DNA from: Bacteroidales bacterium
Lineage (GTDB): Bacteria; Bacteroidota; Bacteroidia; Bacteroidales; UBA932
Direction of reading: 5' to 3'
NCBI GenBank assembly: GCA_017548725.1
Contig: JAFYZI010000172.1
Coordinates: forward strand, 1 to 40,769
DNA: 40,769 nt
A model generated the notes under the pieces. It ran no database searches. It was given only the letters and a program-made list of their open reading frames with translations, and had not been told where the DNA came from. The stretch's first letter is position 1. Every line of letters starts with the position of its first letter. Positions 1 through 9,497 of this stretch are shown piece by piece. A program made the translations under genes and the position numbers.

Positions 1-924
1 GAAATGCTCGGGCTGCGCCTTCTGCAGCAGCTCTGCGGGATAGCTGCCGTCCAGGGCGGCATAGGCCCTTTCGTCGGCATAGATAATGACATTTTTGTCA
101 GCCAGCGGAGCGCAGAGAGCCGGAAGGTCTGCCAGCCTTGAAGAGTGCACGAGCAGGCTGTCGAGGGCGTTGCAGACACTCACGCGGCGGGTCTTGGCGT
201 TGAAGACTATGTCGCGGCCCTTGGTCAGGTCTCCGGCAGCGTCGAAATAGGTGTGGCATACGCCGGCCCCGGTCTCAATTACCGGCACTTTCGAATTCTC
301 CCTGACATACTGGATGAGGGACGAACTGCCGCGGGGGATGATGATGTCCACATACTCGCGGGCTGCAAGCAGCTCGGCGGTGGCTTCGCGGTCAGACGGC
401 AGCAGGGTGCAGACGGCGGGATCGAGGCCGTGCTTTTCCAGCACCTTCTTTATTACAGATACGATGGCTTCGTTGGAATAAGCAGCGTCGCTTCCGCCTT
501 TGAGAACTGTCACGTTGCCGGATTTGATGCAGAGCGAGAATACGTCGCTGGTGACGTTGGGACGGGCTTCGTAGATGACTCCGACCACGCCGATGGGGAC
601 GCTTACCTTGTCGATGGTCATGCCGTTGGGCCTGGTGGCTGAAGACAGCACCCTGCCCAGCGGGCTTTCCAGCTTCGCCACGTTGGCGATGTCGGCGGCC
701 TGGCCGGCGATGCGGTCGGCAGTGAGTTTCAGACGGTCGTATTTGAAATTGGAGCTGTCCATCCTGGCGAGGTCGCGGGCGTTCTCGGCGAGGATGAAAT
801 CGGTGTTGGCTACCAGCGCGGCGCTGAGGTCGTTCAGCACGGCGTTGACGGTGGCGTCGTCTATGTCACACATGCAACCGGCGGCCTTTGCGGCGGCTGC
901 GAGCATCATTTGTACATCAGTCAT
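1..924 (-). CDS. proA: Gamma-glutamyl phosphate reductase, partial: the N-terminal 308 codons are present and the C-terminus runs off the window
   Basis: My own translation of the minus strand from the ATG at 924 gives [16 protein letters not shown]...[22 protein letters not shown]...VLKGGSDA...[13 protein letters not shown]...ETGAGVCH. These are typical ProA aldehyde-dehydrogenase-type motifs. The frame is open down to base 1 and lies 4 nt downstream of proB. It is absent from the ORF track because there is no stop in the window. Confidence 0.9.
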   Translation of the reverse strand, partial: MTDVQMMLAAAAKAAGCMCDIDDATVNAVLNDLSAALVANTDFILAENARDLARMDSSNFKYDRLKLTADRIAGQAADIANVAKLESPLGRVLSSATRPNGMTIDKVSVPIGVVGVIYEARPNVTSDVFSLCIKSGNVTVLKGGSDAAYSNEAIVSVIKKVLEKHGLDPAVCTLLPSDREATAELLAAREYVDIIIPRGSSSLIQYVRENSKVPVIETGAGVCHTYFDAAGDLTKGRDIVFNAKTRRVSVCNALDSLLVHSSRLADLPALCAPLADKNVIIYADERAYAALDGSYPAELLQKAQPEHF

Positions 925-928
925 GGCT

Positions 929-1702
929 TCAGCAGGTTTTGAAACGGGAATAGGGGACAGCGTCGCTGCCGTGCATAATGTCGGTCAGAATGTCATCTCT
1001 CTTGCCGTTGGCGATGACTACTTCTATACCCTGGCAGGCAATCTTGCGGGCCATGTTGAACTTGGTCTTCATGCCGCCTCTTCCGGCAGTGGATTTCTTC
1101 TCTCCGATGTATTCCAGGATGGAATCGTCGGCCGGGTCGATGACTCGGATGAGCTTGCTGGCGGGGTCTGCAGGGTCTCCGGTGAACACGCCGTCGACAT
1201 TGCTCAGGATAACCAGGGCCCGGACTCCCATCATGGTGGAGATCAGGCCTGCCAGTTCGTCATTGTCGGTGAACATCAGCTCGTGGATGGCGACTGTGTC
1301 GTTCTCGTTGACAATGGGGATGATGCCGGCGTCCAGCATCACCTGCATGCAGTTTTTCTGGTTGAGGTAGCTGGTTTCGTCGGTGAAGTTGTCTTTGGTG
1401 GTGAGGACCTGGCCGCAGCTGAAGCCCTGCTCCTTGAAGAACTGATAGTAGTTGTGCATGAGGCGGGCCTGGCCGACTGACGAGAAGAGCTGACGCTGCG
1501 AAACGTCGTCCAGCTCGTGGTCGACCTTGATTTCGCTGCGTCCGCTGGCTACGGCGCCGGAGGTTATCACGATTACCTTGTAGCCTTCGCGGCGCAGGTC
1601 GCTGATCTGGTCGACGAGGGCGGAGAGGCGGGTGATATCCAGCCTGCCGTCGGCGCGGGTGAGCACGTTGCTGCCTATCTTAATGGCGATAAGTCTGTCC
1701 AT
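929..1702 (-). CDS. proB: Glutamate 5-kinase, short form (257 aa) with the amino-acid kinase domain only and no C-terminal PUA domain
   Basis: The ORF starts [15 protein letters not shown]... and contains [12 protein letters not shown] and [15 protein letters not shown], which are amino-acid kinase family motifs. It sits directly upstream of proA, the classic proBA arrangement. Confidence 0.92.
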   Translation of the reverse strand: MDRLIAIKIGSNVLTRADGRLDITRLSALVDQISDLRREGYKVIVITSGAVASGRSEIKVDHELDDVSQRQLFSSVGQARLMHNYYQFFKEQGFSCGQVLTTKDNFTDETSYLNQKNCMQVMLDAGIIPIVNENDTVAIHELMFTDNDELAGLISTMMGVRALVILSNVDGVFTGDPADPASKLIRVIDPADDSILEYIGEKKSTAGRGGMKTKFNMARKIACQGIEVVIANGKRDDILTDIMHGSDAVPYSRFKTC

Positions 1703-1721
1703 CTGGAATGTTTTAACGGGG

Positions 1722-1729
1722 CAAAAGTA
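1722..1729 (-). promoter_or_regulatory. Putative Bacteroidota -7 promoter element (TACTTTTG on the minus strand) for proBA
   Basis: The plus strand reads CAAAAGTA, which matches TAnnTTTG on the minus strand. It lies about 20 nt upstream of the proB ATG. Confidence 0.3.
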
Positions 1730-1782
1730 GGAAATAACCGATTAATTTTAGTTAATTCGCATCAGGAAAAACACCTGCCGAC

Positions 1783-2490
1783 ATGATATACGAAGAACTT
1801 CCGACTGAATTGTACGAAGACATCGCCTCCCGCATCCTGTATGAGGACAACCATGTGCTTGTGATAAACAAGAGGGTGGGAGAGATAGTCCAGGGCGACA
1901 AGACCGGCGACGAAGCCCTCAGCGAGACGCTCAAGCGCTTCGTGGCGCAGCGCGACGGCAAGCCGGGGCACGTGTTCATGGGAGTTCCCCACCGTCTCGA
2001 CCGTCCGGTCAGCGGCGTGGCCCTCTTCGCCAAGACCAGCAAGAGTCTGGAAAGGATGAACGAGGCTTTCCGCAGCGGAGCTGTCCACAAATTCTACTGG
2101 GCCCTGACCTGCGCGGCTCCGAAGCCCGAGGAAGGGGAACTGAAACACTATCTCGTGCGCAACGAGAAGCAGAACAAGTCCTATGCGAGCCTTCAGGAGA
2201 AACCCGGCTCCAAAGAGGCGCGGCTGCGCTACAAGCTTCTCAAGTCTTTCGACAGGTATTATCTGGTAGAGGTGGAGCTGCTCACCGGCCGCCATCACCA
2301 GATCCGCTGCCAGCTGTCGTCGATCGGCTGCTGCATCAAGGGCGACCTGAAATACGGGGCTCCGCGCTCCAACAAGGACGGCGGCATCTGCCTGCACGCG
2401 CGCAGCATTAGCTTCCCGCATCCTACGCGGAAAGAAGAGGTCACCGTCACGGCGCCTGTAGACTGGCCTCCGTTCGTAACGGAACTCTAG
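1783..2490 (+). CDS. RluA-family pseudouridine synthase (235 aa, no S4 domain)
   Basis: It contains HRLDRPVSGVALFAKT (catalytic Asp motif), LTGRHHQIRCQL and a K/R-rich C-terminal motif. Confidence 0.85.
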   Translation: MIYEELPTELYEDIASRILYEDNHVLVINKRVGEIVQGDKTGDEALSETLKRFVAQRDGKPGHVFMGVPHRLDRPVSGVALFAKTSKSLERMNEAFRSGAVHKFYWALTCAAPKPEEGELKHYLVRNEKQNKSYASLQEKPGSKEARLRYKLLKSFDRYYLVEVELLTGRHHQIRCQLSSIGCCIKGDLKYGAPRSNKDGGICLHARSISFPHPTRKEEVTVTAPVDWPPFVTEL

Positions 2491-3350
2491 TCGAAAATCA
2501 CAGTCTTGTTGCGGAACACCAGGATCTTGCGGTCGATATGCTTCACGACGGCACGTGAGAGCACTATCTTCTCCAGGTCGCGGCCCTTGCTGACGAGGGT
2601 CTCCACGCTGTCCTTGTGGGTGATGCGGGCGACATCCTGCTCGATGATGGGGCCAGCGTCAAGCTCTGCGTTCACATAGTGGCTGGTGGCGCCGATGATC
2701 TTGACGCCGCGCTCGTATGCCTGATGGTAGGGCTTGGCTCCGACGAAAGCGGGCAGGAAGGAGTGGTGTATGTTGATTATTTTGTTGGGGTAGCTGGCGA
2801 TCATGTCGTCGCTGATGACCTGCATGTAGCGGGCCAGCACGATGAAGGTGACTCCGTTGGCCTTGAGCAGCTTGAGCTCCTCGGCTTCCTGGGCGGCCTT
2901 GTTCTCGGGAGTGATGGGGAACACGTGGAAGGGGATGCCGAACTGCTCGGCGATGGGACGCAGGTCCTCATGGTTGCTGACGATCAGAGGGATGTCGACG
3001 TTCCACTCGCCTGCAGAATAGCGGGCCAGCATGTCGTAGAGGCAGTGCGACATCTTGGACACGAAGATGGCCATGCGCGGCTTCTGGTCGGTGAAATAGA
3101 GCCAGAATTCCATGCCGTACTTGTTGGCGTACAGGGTCTGGAAATACTCTCCGATGCGGTCCTTGGGGATCAGGAAATGCTCGAGCTGCCACTCGATGCG
3201 CATGAAGAAGGCGTTGGCGCGGTGGTCTACATGCTGGTCGAGGTTGACGATGTTGCCTTTGTTGACAGTGATGAAATTGGTGATTTCGGCGATGATGCCC
3301 GGGGTGTCCTGACAGTGGATGAGCAGAATGGCGTTCCCTTGGTTGTCCAT
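2487..3350 (-). CDS. purU: Formyltetrahydrofolate deformylase (ACT domain plus formyltransferase domain)
   Basis: It contains ILLIHCQDTPGIIAEIT (ACT domain), IINIHHSFLPAF and GATSHYV..LDAGPII (formyl transferase). I trimmed the start from 3401 to the ATG at 3350 (MDNQGNAILL) because a -7 box lies inside the longer ORF and the length then fits PurU. Confidence 0.85.
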   Translation of the reverse strand: MDNQGNAILLIHCQDTPGIIAEITNFITVNKGNIVNLDQHVDHRANAFFMRIEWQLEHFLIPKDRIGEYFQTLYANKYGMEFWLYFTDQKPRMAIFVSKMSHCLYDMLARYSAGEWNVDIPLIVSNHEDLRPIAEQFGIPFHVFPITPENKAAQEAEELKLLKANGVTFIVLARYMQVISDDMIASYPNKIINIHHSFLPAFVGAKPYHQAYERGVKIIGATSHYVNAELDAGPIIEQDVARITHKDSVETLVSKGRDLEKIVLSRAVVKHIDRKILVFRNKTVIFD

Positions 3351-3379
3351 GATAATCTTCTTCGTTGTGTCTCGAGCCG

Positions 3380-3387
3380 CAAAAATA
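3380..3387 (-). promoter_or_regulatory. Putative -7 promoter element (TATTTTTG on the minus strand) for purU
   Basis: The plus strand reads CAAAAATA. It lies 29 nt upstream of the ATG at 3350. Confidence 0.35.
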
Positions 3388-3459
3388 CCACTTTTTTTCA
3401 AATGCAGGCCCCCTTACTGCCAATTTGTCGCACTGCCGTCCGTTGGCAAACAATTTGAT

Positions 3460-3467
3460 TATCTTTG
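3460..3467 (+). promoter_or_regulatory. Putative -7 promoter element (TATCTTTG) for the grpE-dnaJ operon
   Basis: It is an exact TAnnTTTG match 22 nt upstream of the grpE ATG at 3490. Confidence 0.4.
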
Positions 3468-3489
3468 CGCAGCATTAACAAAGCGTATT

Positions 3490-4068
3490 ATGAAAAAGAA
3501 ACATACAGAACACAAAACAGAGGAACAGAAGGCTGCAGCAAGCCCCGAAGCTCCTCAGCAAGAAGTAGAAGAAGTTCAGGAAGAAGCTGCCGCACAGGCT
3601 GAGGAACAGCCGGCGGAGGCTCCGGCCGATGACCTTCAGGACAAGTTGGCAGAAGCCAATGACAGGTATCTGCGTCTGGCCGCTGAGTTCGACAATTACC
3701 GTCGCCGCAGCGCAAAGGAGCGCATGGACCTGATCTCGCTGGCCAACGAAAATCTGGTGAAGGACATGCTTCCCATAATCGACGATTTCGAGAGAGCCCT
3801 CGCGGCCATCAAGGATTCCGACGACACCGATTCTGCAAAGGAAGGCGTAGAGCTGATTTACAACAAGCTGGTCGCATTCCTGAAGAAGAACGGCGTCAAG
3901 GCGATTGAAGCCGTGGGCAAGGATTTCGACACTGATTTCCACGAGGCCGTGGCCCAGTTCCCGGTTGAAGACAAAGACAAGAAAAACAAAGTTATCGACG
4001 TTACCCAGAAGGGCTACACCATGGGTGACAAGGTAATCAGATATGCCAAGGTAGTGATTGGAATCTAA
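3490..4068 (+). CDS. grpE: Nucleotide exchange factor GrpE
   Basis: It has an acidic, Ala-rich N-terminus followed by [13 protein letters not shown] and FHEAVAQ...[14 protein letters not shown], which are GrpE hallmarks. I trimmed the start from the track ORF (3319) to MKKKHTEH at 3490. Confidence 0.9.
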   Translation: MKKKHTEHKTEEQKAAASPEAPQQEVEEVQEEAAAQAEEQPAEAPADDLQDKLAEANDRYLRLAAEFDNYRRRSAKERMDLISLANENLVKDMLPIIDDFERALAAIKDSDDTDSAKEGVELIYNKLVAFLKKNGVKAIEAVGKDFDTDFHEAVAQFPVEDKDKKNKVIDVTQKGYTMGDKVIRYAKVVIGI

Positions 4069-4088
4069 GCTTTGGCAAGGAGGCTTAT

Positions 4089-5246
4089 ATGGCAGAGAAA
4101 AGAGATTATTACGAGGTCCTCGGGGTAGAGAAGAACGCCAGTGAGGAAGAGATCAAGAAGGCTTACCGCAAGAAGGCCATCCAGTACCACCCCGACAAGA
4201 ATCCGGGCGACAAGGAGGCTGAGGAGAAGTTCAAGGAGGCCGCAGAGGCTTATGACGTGCTCAGCAATCCCGACAAGCGCGCCCGTTACGACCGCTTCGG
4301 CCATGCCGGCATGAGCGGCGCGGCAGGCGGCCCGGCCGGAGGATTCTCGATGGACGACATATTCGAGCAGTTCGGCGACATCTTCGGCGGACGTTTCGGC
4401 TTCGGCGGCTTTTCAAGCATGTTCGGAGGCGGTTCGTCACGCGGGCAGAGGGTGGCCCGGGGCAGCGACATCCGCATCAGGGTAAAACTGTCCCTCGCCG
4501 AGATAGCCCACGGAGTGGAGAAGAGGGTTAAGATCAACAAGATGATGGTCTGCCCCGACTGCCACGGACGCGGCGCTGCCAGCGAGGCCGACATCAAGAC
4601 CTGCGAGCACTGCAAGGGCACCGGCGTGGTAACCAAGCTGCAGCAGACCATCCTCGGCCAGATGCAGACCACCCAGCCCTGTCCTTATTGTAACGGCGAA
4701 GGCCGCAGGGTAGTGGTTCCGTGCAAGAAGTGCGGCGGCTCAGGACTCGTAAAGGACAGCGAGGAGATCAGCTTCAAGATTCCGGCCGGCGTCAGCGACG
4801 GCATGCAGCTCACGATACAGGGCAAGGGCAACGCCGCCCGCCACGGAGGCGTCAACGGCGACCTGCTGGTTGTAATCGAAGAGGAGCCCGACCCTCAGCT
4901 GGAGCGCGACGGCGACGACCTCATCTACAGCCTGTTCATTTCTATCCCTCAGGCTGTCAACGGCTGCCAGGTGGAAATCCCCGCAGTCGACGGCAAGCTG
5001 AAGATAAAGATAGAGCCCGGCACCCAGCCCGGCAAAGTGCTCCGCCTGCGCGGCAAGGGCCTGCCTTCTGTCAACGGCTACGGCACCGGCGACCTTCTGG
5101 TCTTCGTCCAGGTTTGGATTCCCAAGAAGCTAGACAAGGCTGAGAAGGAGATGATGACGAAGCTGGAGTCCAGCGAGAATTTCAAGGCCAATCCCAGCCA
5201 GGACGACAAGAATCTTTTCGAAAGAGTTAAACAGTTCTTCTCTTGA
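4089..5246 (+). CDS. dnaJ: Molecular chaperone DnaJ (J domain, G/F region, four CxxCxGxG zinc-finger repeats)
   Basis: It contains DYYEVLGV...YHPDKNP (HPD motif), a G/F-rich linker, and [32 protein letters not shown]. Confidence 0.95.
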   Translation: MAEKRDYYEVLGVEKNASEEEIKKAYRKKAIQYHPDKNPGDKEAEEKFKEAAEAYDVLSNPDKRARYDRFGHAGMSGAAGGPAGGFSMDDIFEQFGDIFGGRFGFGGFSSMFGGGSSRGQRVARGSDIRIRVKLSLAEIAHGVEKRVKINKMMVCPDCHGRGAASEADIKTCEHCKGTGVVTKLQQTILGQMQTTQPCPYCNGEGRRVVVPCKKCGGSGLVKDSEEISFKIPAGVSDGMQLTIQGKGNAARHGGVNGDLLVVIEEEPDPQLERDGDDLIYSLFISIPQAVNGCQVEIPAVDGKLKIKIEPGTQPGKVLRLRGKGLPSVNGYGTGDLLVFVQVWIPKKLDKAEKEMMTKLESSENFKANPSQDDKNLFERVKQFFS

Positions 5247-6928
5247 GACGACCGTCCCTAATAGCCGTTCTCGTGGCAGCTGCAGCGCTGGCCCCTCTGG
5301 TATGCGCAGCGGCCGACAGCACAGCCGTCCTCAGCCACGTACGGCCGCTTGACGTGCCGATGTCCTTCGCCAGCTCCTACGGCGAGCTGCGTCACGACCA
5401 TTTCCACGGCGGTATCGATTTCCGCACCGGTGGCAAGGTAGGCGATCCCATCCACTCAATCAAAGACGGATATGTGAGCCGCATCAGCGTGTCCACCACG
5501 GGCTACGGCAACGGCATCTACATAACCCATCCCGACGGAACCATGTCGGTATACGGCCATCTTCTGGCTTTCCGCAGTGACATCGCTTCCAGAGTGCTGC
5601 AGGAGCAGTACGACAAACATTCTTTCGCAGTCAACATACTCCTCGGCCCGGATGAATTCCCGGTGAAGATGGGAGATGTCATCGGCAGGGTGGGCAACAC
5701 CGGCTCGTCCGCAGGTCCGCACCTCCACATGGAGGTACGCCGGGACGACGGCAACACTCCCTTCAACTACTTCAGGGACGGCTACTACTGGCTGCCTGAC
5801 ACGATGACTCCGGTTATCCAGAGGATTGCGGTGTATGCCTACGAAGACAGCACCGGCATTCCTGTTTCACGCAAGCTGAAGATGATGTCCGGCCGCTATT
5901 CCGACGGCGAGACTCTGGTGCCGGCCAAATGCTACATAGGCATCGACGCCATCGACAAGATGGACGGGACGACGGGACGACTGGGAGTCGAGAAATACAA
6001 GGTGCTGCTTGACGGCAAGCCTTTCTTCGAGCTCAACATCGGGGATTTCAACTACGACATTGACAAATACATCCGCAGCACCGTCGCCGCGGGAGAGACC
6101 GGCATGGACCTCATCAAGACCCAGGTGGACCCCGGCAACCTCTATGCGATGCACAAGATCCAGGCAGAGAACGGCGGCATAATATATCTCGACGACTATC
6201 AGCGCCACAGGGTGACGGTAGAAGCCAGCGACATCTTCGGCAACAAGACTACCGCCGTGCTATATCTGCGAAGGAACGATGCGGTGTTGGCCGACAGTCC
6301 GCTCGACGAGAGGATATCGACTTACCCGATGCTGTGGTATACCCCGAATATCCTTCAGACTGAAGCCTTCAGTGTCATAATGCCCGTCGGTGCACTCTAC
6401 AACAATGTGCAGTTCCAGTACGGCAAAGTCGCCGATGCCGACACGGCTGCCGGCAGGCTTTCACCAGTATGGAAGCTGGGCGACGACAGGCTGGCGCTTC
6501 ATCAGCCTTTCATATTGACAGTCCCGGTAGGGAATGACGACCGTCTGCTGCTGGCAAGCGTCGGCTCGAACGGCAAGCTGAGCGGCGCAGGCGGCGAGGT
6601 CGAAAACGGAGTGCTCAGCGCTTCGGTGCGTCCGGGCTCCTATTGTGTGGCAAGGGATACCATAGCCCCTGTGCTCAGGCCGGTGTTGCCGAAGGGCGGC
6701 AAGCTGTCCGGCAGCACTTTCAGGATTGCTGCCACCGACAATCTGGCCGGCATATCCCAATACGAAGTGCTGGTCGACGGCGCATGGACCCTCGCTTCAT
6801 TCAAGAACAGCAGCATCACAGTCTACCTTTCTGAAGACAGACTGAGCCGCGGCCGCCACGATGTCGATGTGACGGCTGCAGACGCGGTTGGCAACAAGAC
6901 AACGGTCAGTTTTTCAATAGACTGGTAA
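5243..6928 (+). CDS. Secreted M23-family metallopeptidase with a large C-terminal extension (561 aa)
   Basis: The signal peptide is [24 protein letters not shown]. The M23 zinc motifs are HGGID (HxxxD) and HLHMEV (HxH). The only possible start upstream of the signal peptide is the TTG at 5243, because an in-frame TAA lies at 5228-5230. Confidence 0.8.
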   Translation: MRRPSLIAVLVAAAALAPLVCAAADSTAVLSHVRPLDVPMSFASSYGELRHDHFHGGIDFRTGGKVGDPIHSIKDGYVSRISVSTTGYGNGIYITHPDGTMSVYGHLLAFRSDIASRVLQEQYDKHSFAVNILLGPDEFPVKMGDVIGRVGNTGSSAGPHLHMEVRRDDGNTPFNYFRDGYYWLPDTMTPVIQRIAVYAYEDSTGIPVSRKLKMMSGRYSDGETLVPAKCYIGIDAIDKMDGTTGRLGVEKYKVLLDGKPFFELNIGDFNYDIDKYIRSTVAAGETGMDLIKTQVDPGNLYAMHKIQAENGGIIYLDDYQRHRVTVEASDIFGNKTTAVLYLRRNDAVLADSPLDERISTYPMLWYTPNILQTEAFSVIMPVGALYNNVQFQYGKVADADTAAGRLSPVWKLGDDRLALHQPFILTVPVGNDDRLLLASVGSNGKLSGAGGEVENGVLSASVRPGSYCVARDTIAPVLRPVLPKGGKLSGSTFRIAATDNLAGISQYEVLVDGAWTLASFKNSSITVYLSEDRLSRGRHDVDVTAADAVGNKTTVSFSIDW

Positions 6929-7952
6929 CTTCCTTGCGGCAGGCGGCCTTCGCTGCCTCCAGAATCGCTATCGTACGGTCGCAGAACTCGTCGAATTCAG
7001 GATCTTCTTCCTGACATTCGGGATGTGACATGATGTATTCCACAGTCATTTTGATGCCGCGGCAGATGGGCACTTCGGGCACGAAGGTCGGCACGGCGCG
7101 TTTCAGCTTGCTCTGGTCGAAGATCACTGAATATGATTTGTCGCCCAGCAGGCTGCCTTCGAAATCCATCTCGGGAGCTACGTCCGCCAGGAAGCGGGAA
7201 GTTACATAGTAAGGCTTGAATTCAACGCCGAGGGCGTCGGCTATGCACTGGTAGATCTGGTTCCAGGTCAGGGACTCTCCGGAAGTGATCTGGAAAGCCT
7301 CGCCGATAGCCAGCGGATTGCCCATCAGGCCCGTGAATCCCTTTGCGAAATCACTGTTGTGGGTCAAAGTCCAGAGCGAAGTGCCGTCTCCGTGGAGGAT
7401 TACAGGCTTGCCTTCGAGCATGCGCTTGAGCACCGAGAAGTTGCCGCCGCGGCCATGAACCGCCAGAGGAACCTTGCGTTCGTCGTAAGTGTGGCTGGGC
7501 CTGATTATCGTAACGGGGAAGCCTTCTTCGCGGTATTTCTCCATCAGGAACTCTTCGCACTCTATCTTCTTCCTCGAATACTCCCAGTAAGGGTTGGCGA
7601 GGGATGCGCCTTCGGTGATGACGTAGTCCTTCGGAGGTTTGTTATAAGCGGATGCGGTGCTGATGAACATGAACTGGGATGTCTTTCCCTTGAAAAGCCT
7701 GTAGTCGCGCTTTATCTGGTCGGGATGGAAGCAGATGAAGTCGCAGACTACGTCGAAGTCCAGGCCCTGCAGTTTGGCTGCCACATCGGCCTCGTCATTG
7801 ATGTCGGCCCTGATCTCTTTCAGGTTGCCGGACAGGATGCTGTTGCGGCTGCCTCTGTTGATCAGGTACAGCACGTTGTCTGGGTTGCTGAGCACCCTCT
7901 TGGAAATGGCAGTGCTGATGGTGCCTGTTCCGCCTATAAATAATACTTTCAT
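6906..7952 (-). CDS. NAD-dependent epimerase/dehydratase family (extended SDR) protein
   Basis: It has the N-terminal Rossmann motif MKVLFIGGTGTIS and a YxxxK catalytic motif (YSRKK). Length is 348 aa. Confidence 0.8.
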   Translation of the reverse strand: MKVLFIGGTGTISTAISKRVLSNPDNVLYLINRGSRNSILSGNLKEIRADINDEADVAAKLQGLDFDVVCDFICFHPDQIKRDYRLFKGKTSQFMFISTASAYNKPPKDYVITEGASLANPYWEYSRKKIECEEFLMEKYREEGFPVTIIRPSHTYDERKVPLAVHGRGGNFSVLKRMLEGKPVILHGDGTSLWTLTHNSDFAKGFTGLMGNPLAIGEAFQITSGESLTWNQIYQCIADALGVEFKPYYVTSRFLADVAPEMDFEGSLLGDKSYSVIFDQSKLKRAVPTFVPEVPICRGIKMTVEYIMSHPECQEEDPEFDEFCDRTIAILEAAKAACRKEVTSLLKN

Positions 7953-7962
7953 GGGTTTATGT

Positions 7963-9375
7963 TTATTCGGGGATGAAATCAGATGAATCCTGGCTTGAGG
8001 GAATATCGCTCTGCGGCAGTTCGCCGGTGACTACGGTTTCGGGAGCTACGTAGGTCTCGGCAGCTGTTTTGACTTCCTGCACTTCAGTAACTTCCTGCTC
8101 CGGCAGAGGCTCCGGGCCCTGAGGGCCTTCGGGCTCCTGAAGCTGCTCTTCTTTGTCGGCTTTCTTCTCGGTCAGGATGATGATGACGCTGCAGGTGATG
8201 ATGCTGAAGAGGACGACTGCATAAGCTACGTTCTGGATCGACTGGCAGATTTCAATCATCCTTGCGGGCTGATGAGTCGCCTGGGCCCATTGCAGAGGCA
8301 GGGAGGCAAGCACGGCTGCCACCAGTCCCTTGGGGCCGAGGACGCGTAGCAGGCGGCGGTCTCTCTTCGTCATCCCTTTCTTGCCCATCAGGCTCATGGT
8401 GAGATATCTGGTGCCGAACATCAGGGCTGTGAAGATTGCGCCGATGAGGATGTGGAGCCAGTTGTTGAAGCGTATGCTGATGCCGATATAAACGAAGAAA
8501 TAGGTCTGGAGGATGAATACTATCTCAGAGTAGAAGTTGCGGTCGTTGTCGTTCAGCACTATGGACGAAGCCCTTTCTGCCATAGACTTGCGGGCCAGCG
8601 GAGACGAGTGGAAGTTCGCCACAGCGAGGCCGAAGGTCAGAATGGCCATGCCGCCGTTCATTCCGATCAGATTGGTAAGGCCATAGACTATGAAAGCGAG
8701 GGCGAAAGTGGTGAACATGGAGTTCTTTATATTGACCAGCCACTTCTTGAGAATAATGATCCAAGCATAACCCGCGACACCACCTATTGTGTAAGACACA
8801 AGCATCGTGAAGAAGATGTCCAGGGCAATCTCGCCGGGATTGACGTCTCCGGTGCCGAAACTTTCCAGCAGCGACATGGCGATGATCAGGCAGATTATGT
8901 CGCTGAGTGCAGCCTCCAGGTTGAGGATGGTAGCCGCTTTCTCAGAGGGTCGCAGCTGGTTGACCATAGGTATGACCACTGCCGAGGAAGTGCCTCCGAG
9001 GGCAGCTCCGAGGAAGCAGCTGTGGACCAGTTTTATATGCATGAAATAAGTTCCGAGCAGGATGCTGATGCCGGTGATCACTATGAAGTTGAGGACGGCG
9101 GCCAGCAGGGCGGGGCCGATGGACTTGCCCAGCACCTTCAGGTCGAGCGTCGTGCCGCTCTGGAAGAGGATGCAGATAAGGGTAATCGTGGTGAAAACAC
9201 TTCCGGCGGTGCCGAATGAATCAGGGCTTATCAGACCTGAGATGGGCCCGAGTATCAGACCGATGATCATCAGCAGCAGTACGCTCGGAATCCTTGTCTT
9301 GGCAAAAGCTGCGCTGAAAATGTGGGCGAAGAAGATGAGCAGGCCCAGCGCAATCAGTATAAAAGAAATGTCCAT
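7963..9375 (-). CDS. Cation:proton antiporter (CPA/NhaP-type Na+/H+ exchanger) with an acidic, proline-rich C-terminal tail
   Basis: It is highly hydrophobic and multi-spanning (at least 10 predicted TM segments). The pattern MDISFILIALGLLIFFAHIF...LLLMIIGLILGP is typical of the Na_H_Exchanger family. The last ~70 aa are E/P/Q/T-rich. Confidence 0.8.
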   Translation of the reverse strand: MDISFILIALGLLIFFAHIFSAAFAKTRIPSVLLLMIIGLILGPISGLISPDSFGTAGSVFTTITLICILFQSGTTLDLKVLGKSIGPALLAAVLNFIVITGISILLGTYFMHIKLVHSCFLGAALGGTSSAVVIPMVNQLRPSEKAATILNLEAALSDIICLIIAMSLLESFGTGDVNPGEIALDIFFTMLVSYTIGGVAGYAWIIILKKWLVNIKNSMFTTFALAFIVYGLTNLIGMNGGMAILTFGLAVANFHSSPLARKSMAERASSIVLNDNDRNFYSEIVFILQTYFFVYIGISIRFNNWLHILIGAIFTALMFGTRYLTMSLMGKKGMTKRDRRLLRVLGPKGLVAAVLASLPLQWAQATHQPARMIEICQSIQNVAYAVVLFSIITCSVIIILTEKKADKEEQLQEPEGPQGPEPLPEQEVTEVQEVKTAAETYVAPETVVTGELPQSDIPSSQDSSDFIPE

Positions 9376-9404
9376 TGCAGATACAGATAACGTGTACTAT
9401 CAAA

Positions 9405-9412
9405 CAAATCTA
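9405..9412 (-). promoter_or_regulatory. Putative -7 promoter element (TAGATTTG on the minus strand) for the antiporter-SDR operon
   Basis: The plus strand reads CAAATCTA. It lies 29 nt upstream of the ATG at 9375. Confidence 0.35.
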
Positions 9413-9469
9413 TCGCTTTTGAATTGAAAAAACAAGGTAAAAAGTAATCTCGCGTAAGGAGAATTTGCC

Positions 9470-9477
9470 TAAATTTG
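9470..9477 (+). promoter_or_regulatory. Putative -7 promoter element (TAAATTTG) for the beta-helix protein gene
   Basis: It is an exact TAnnTTTG match 20 nt upstream of the ATG at 9498. Confidence 0.4.
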
Positions 9478-9497
9478 GAGAAAATAAACCAGACACT

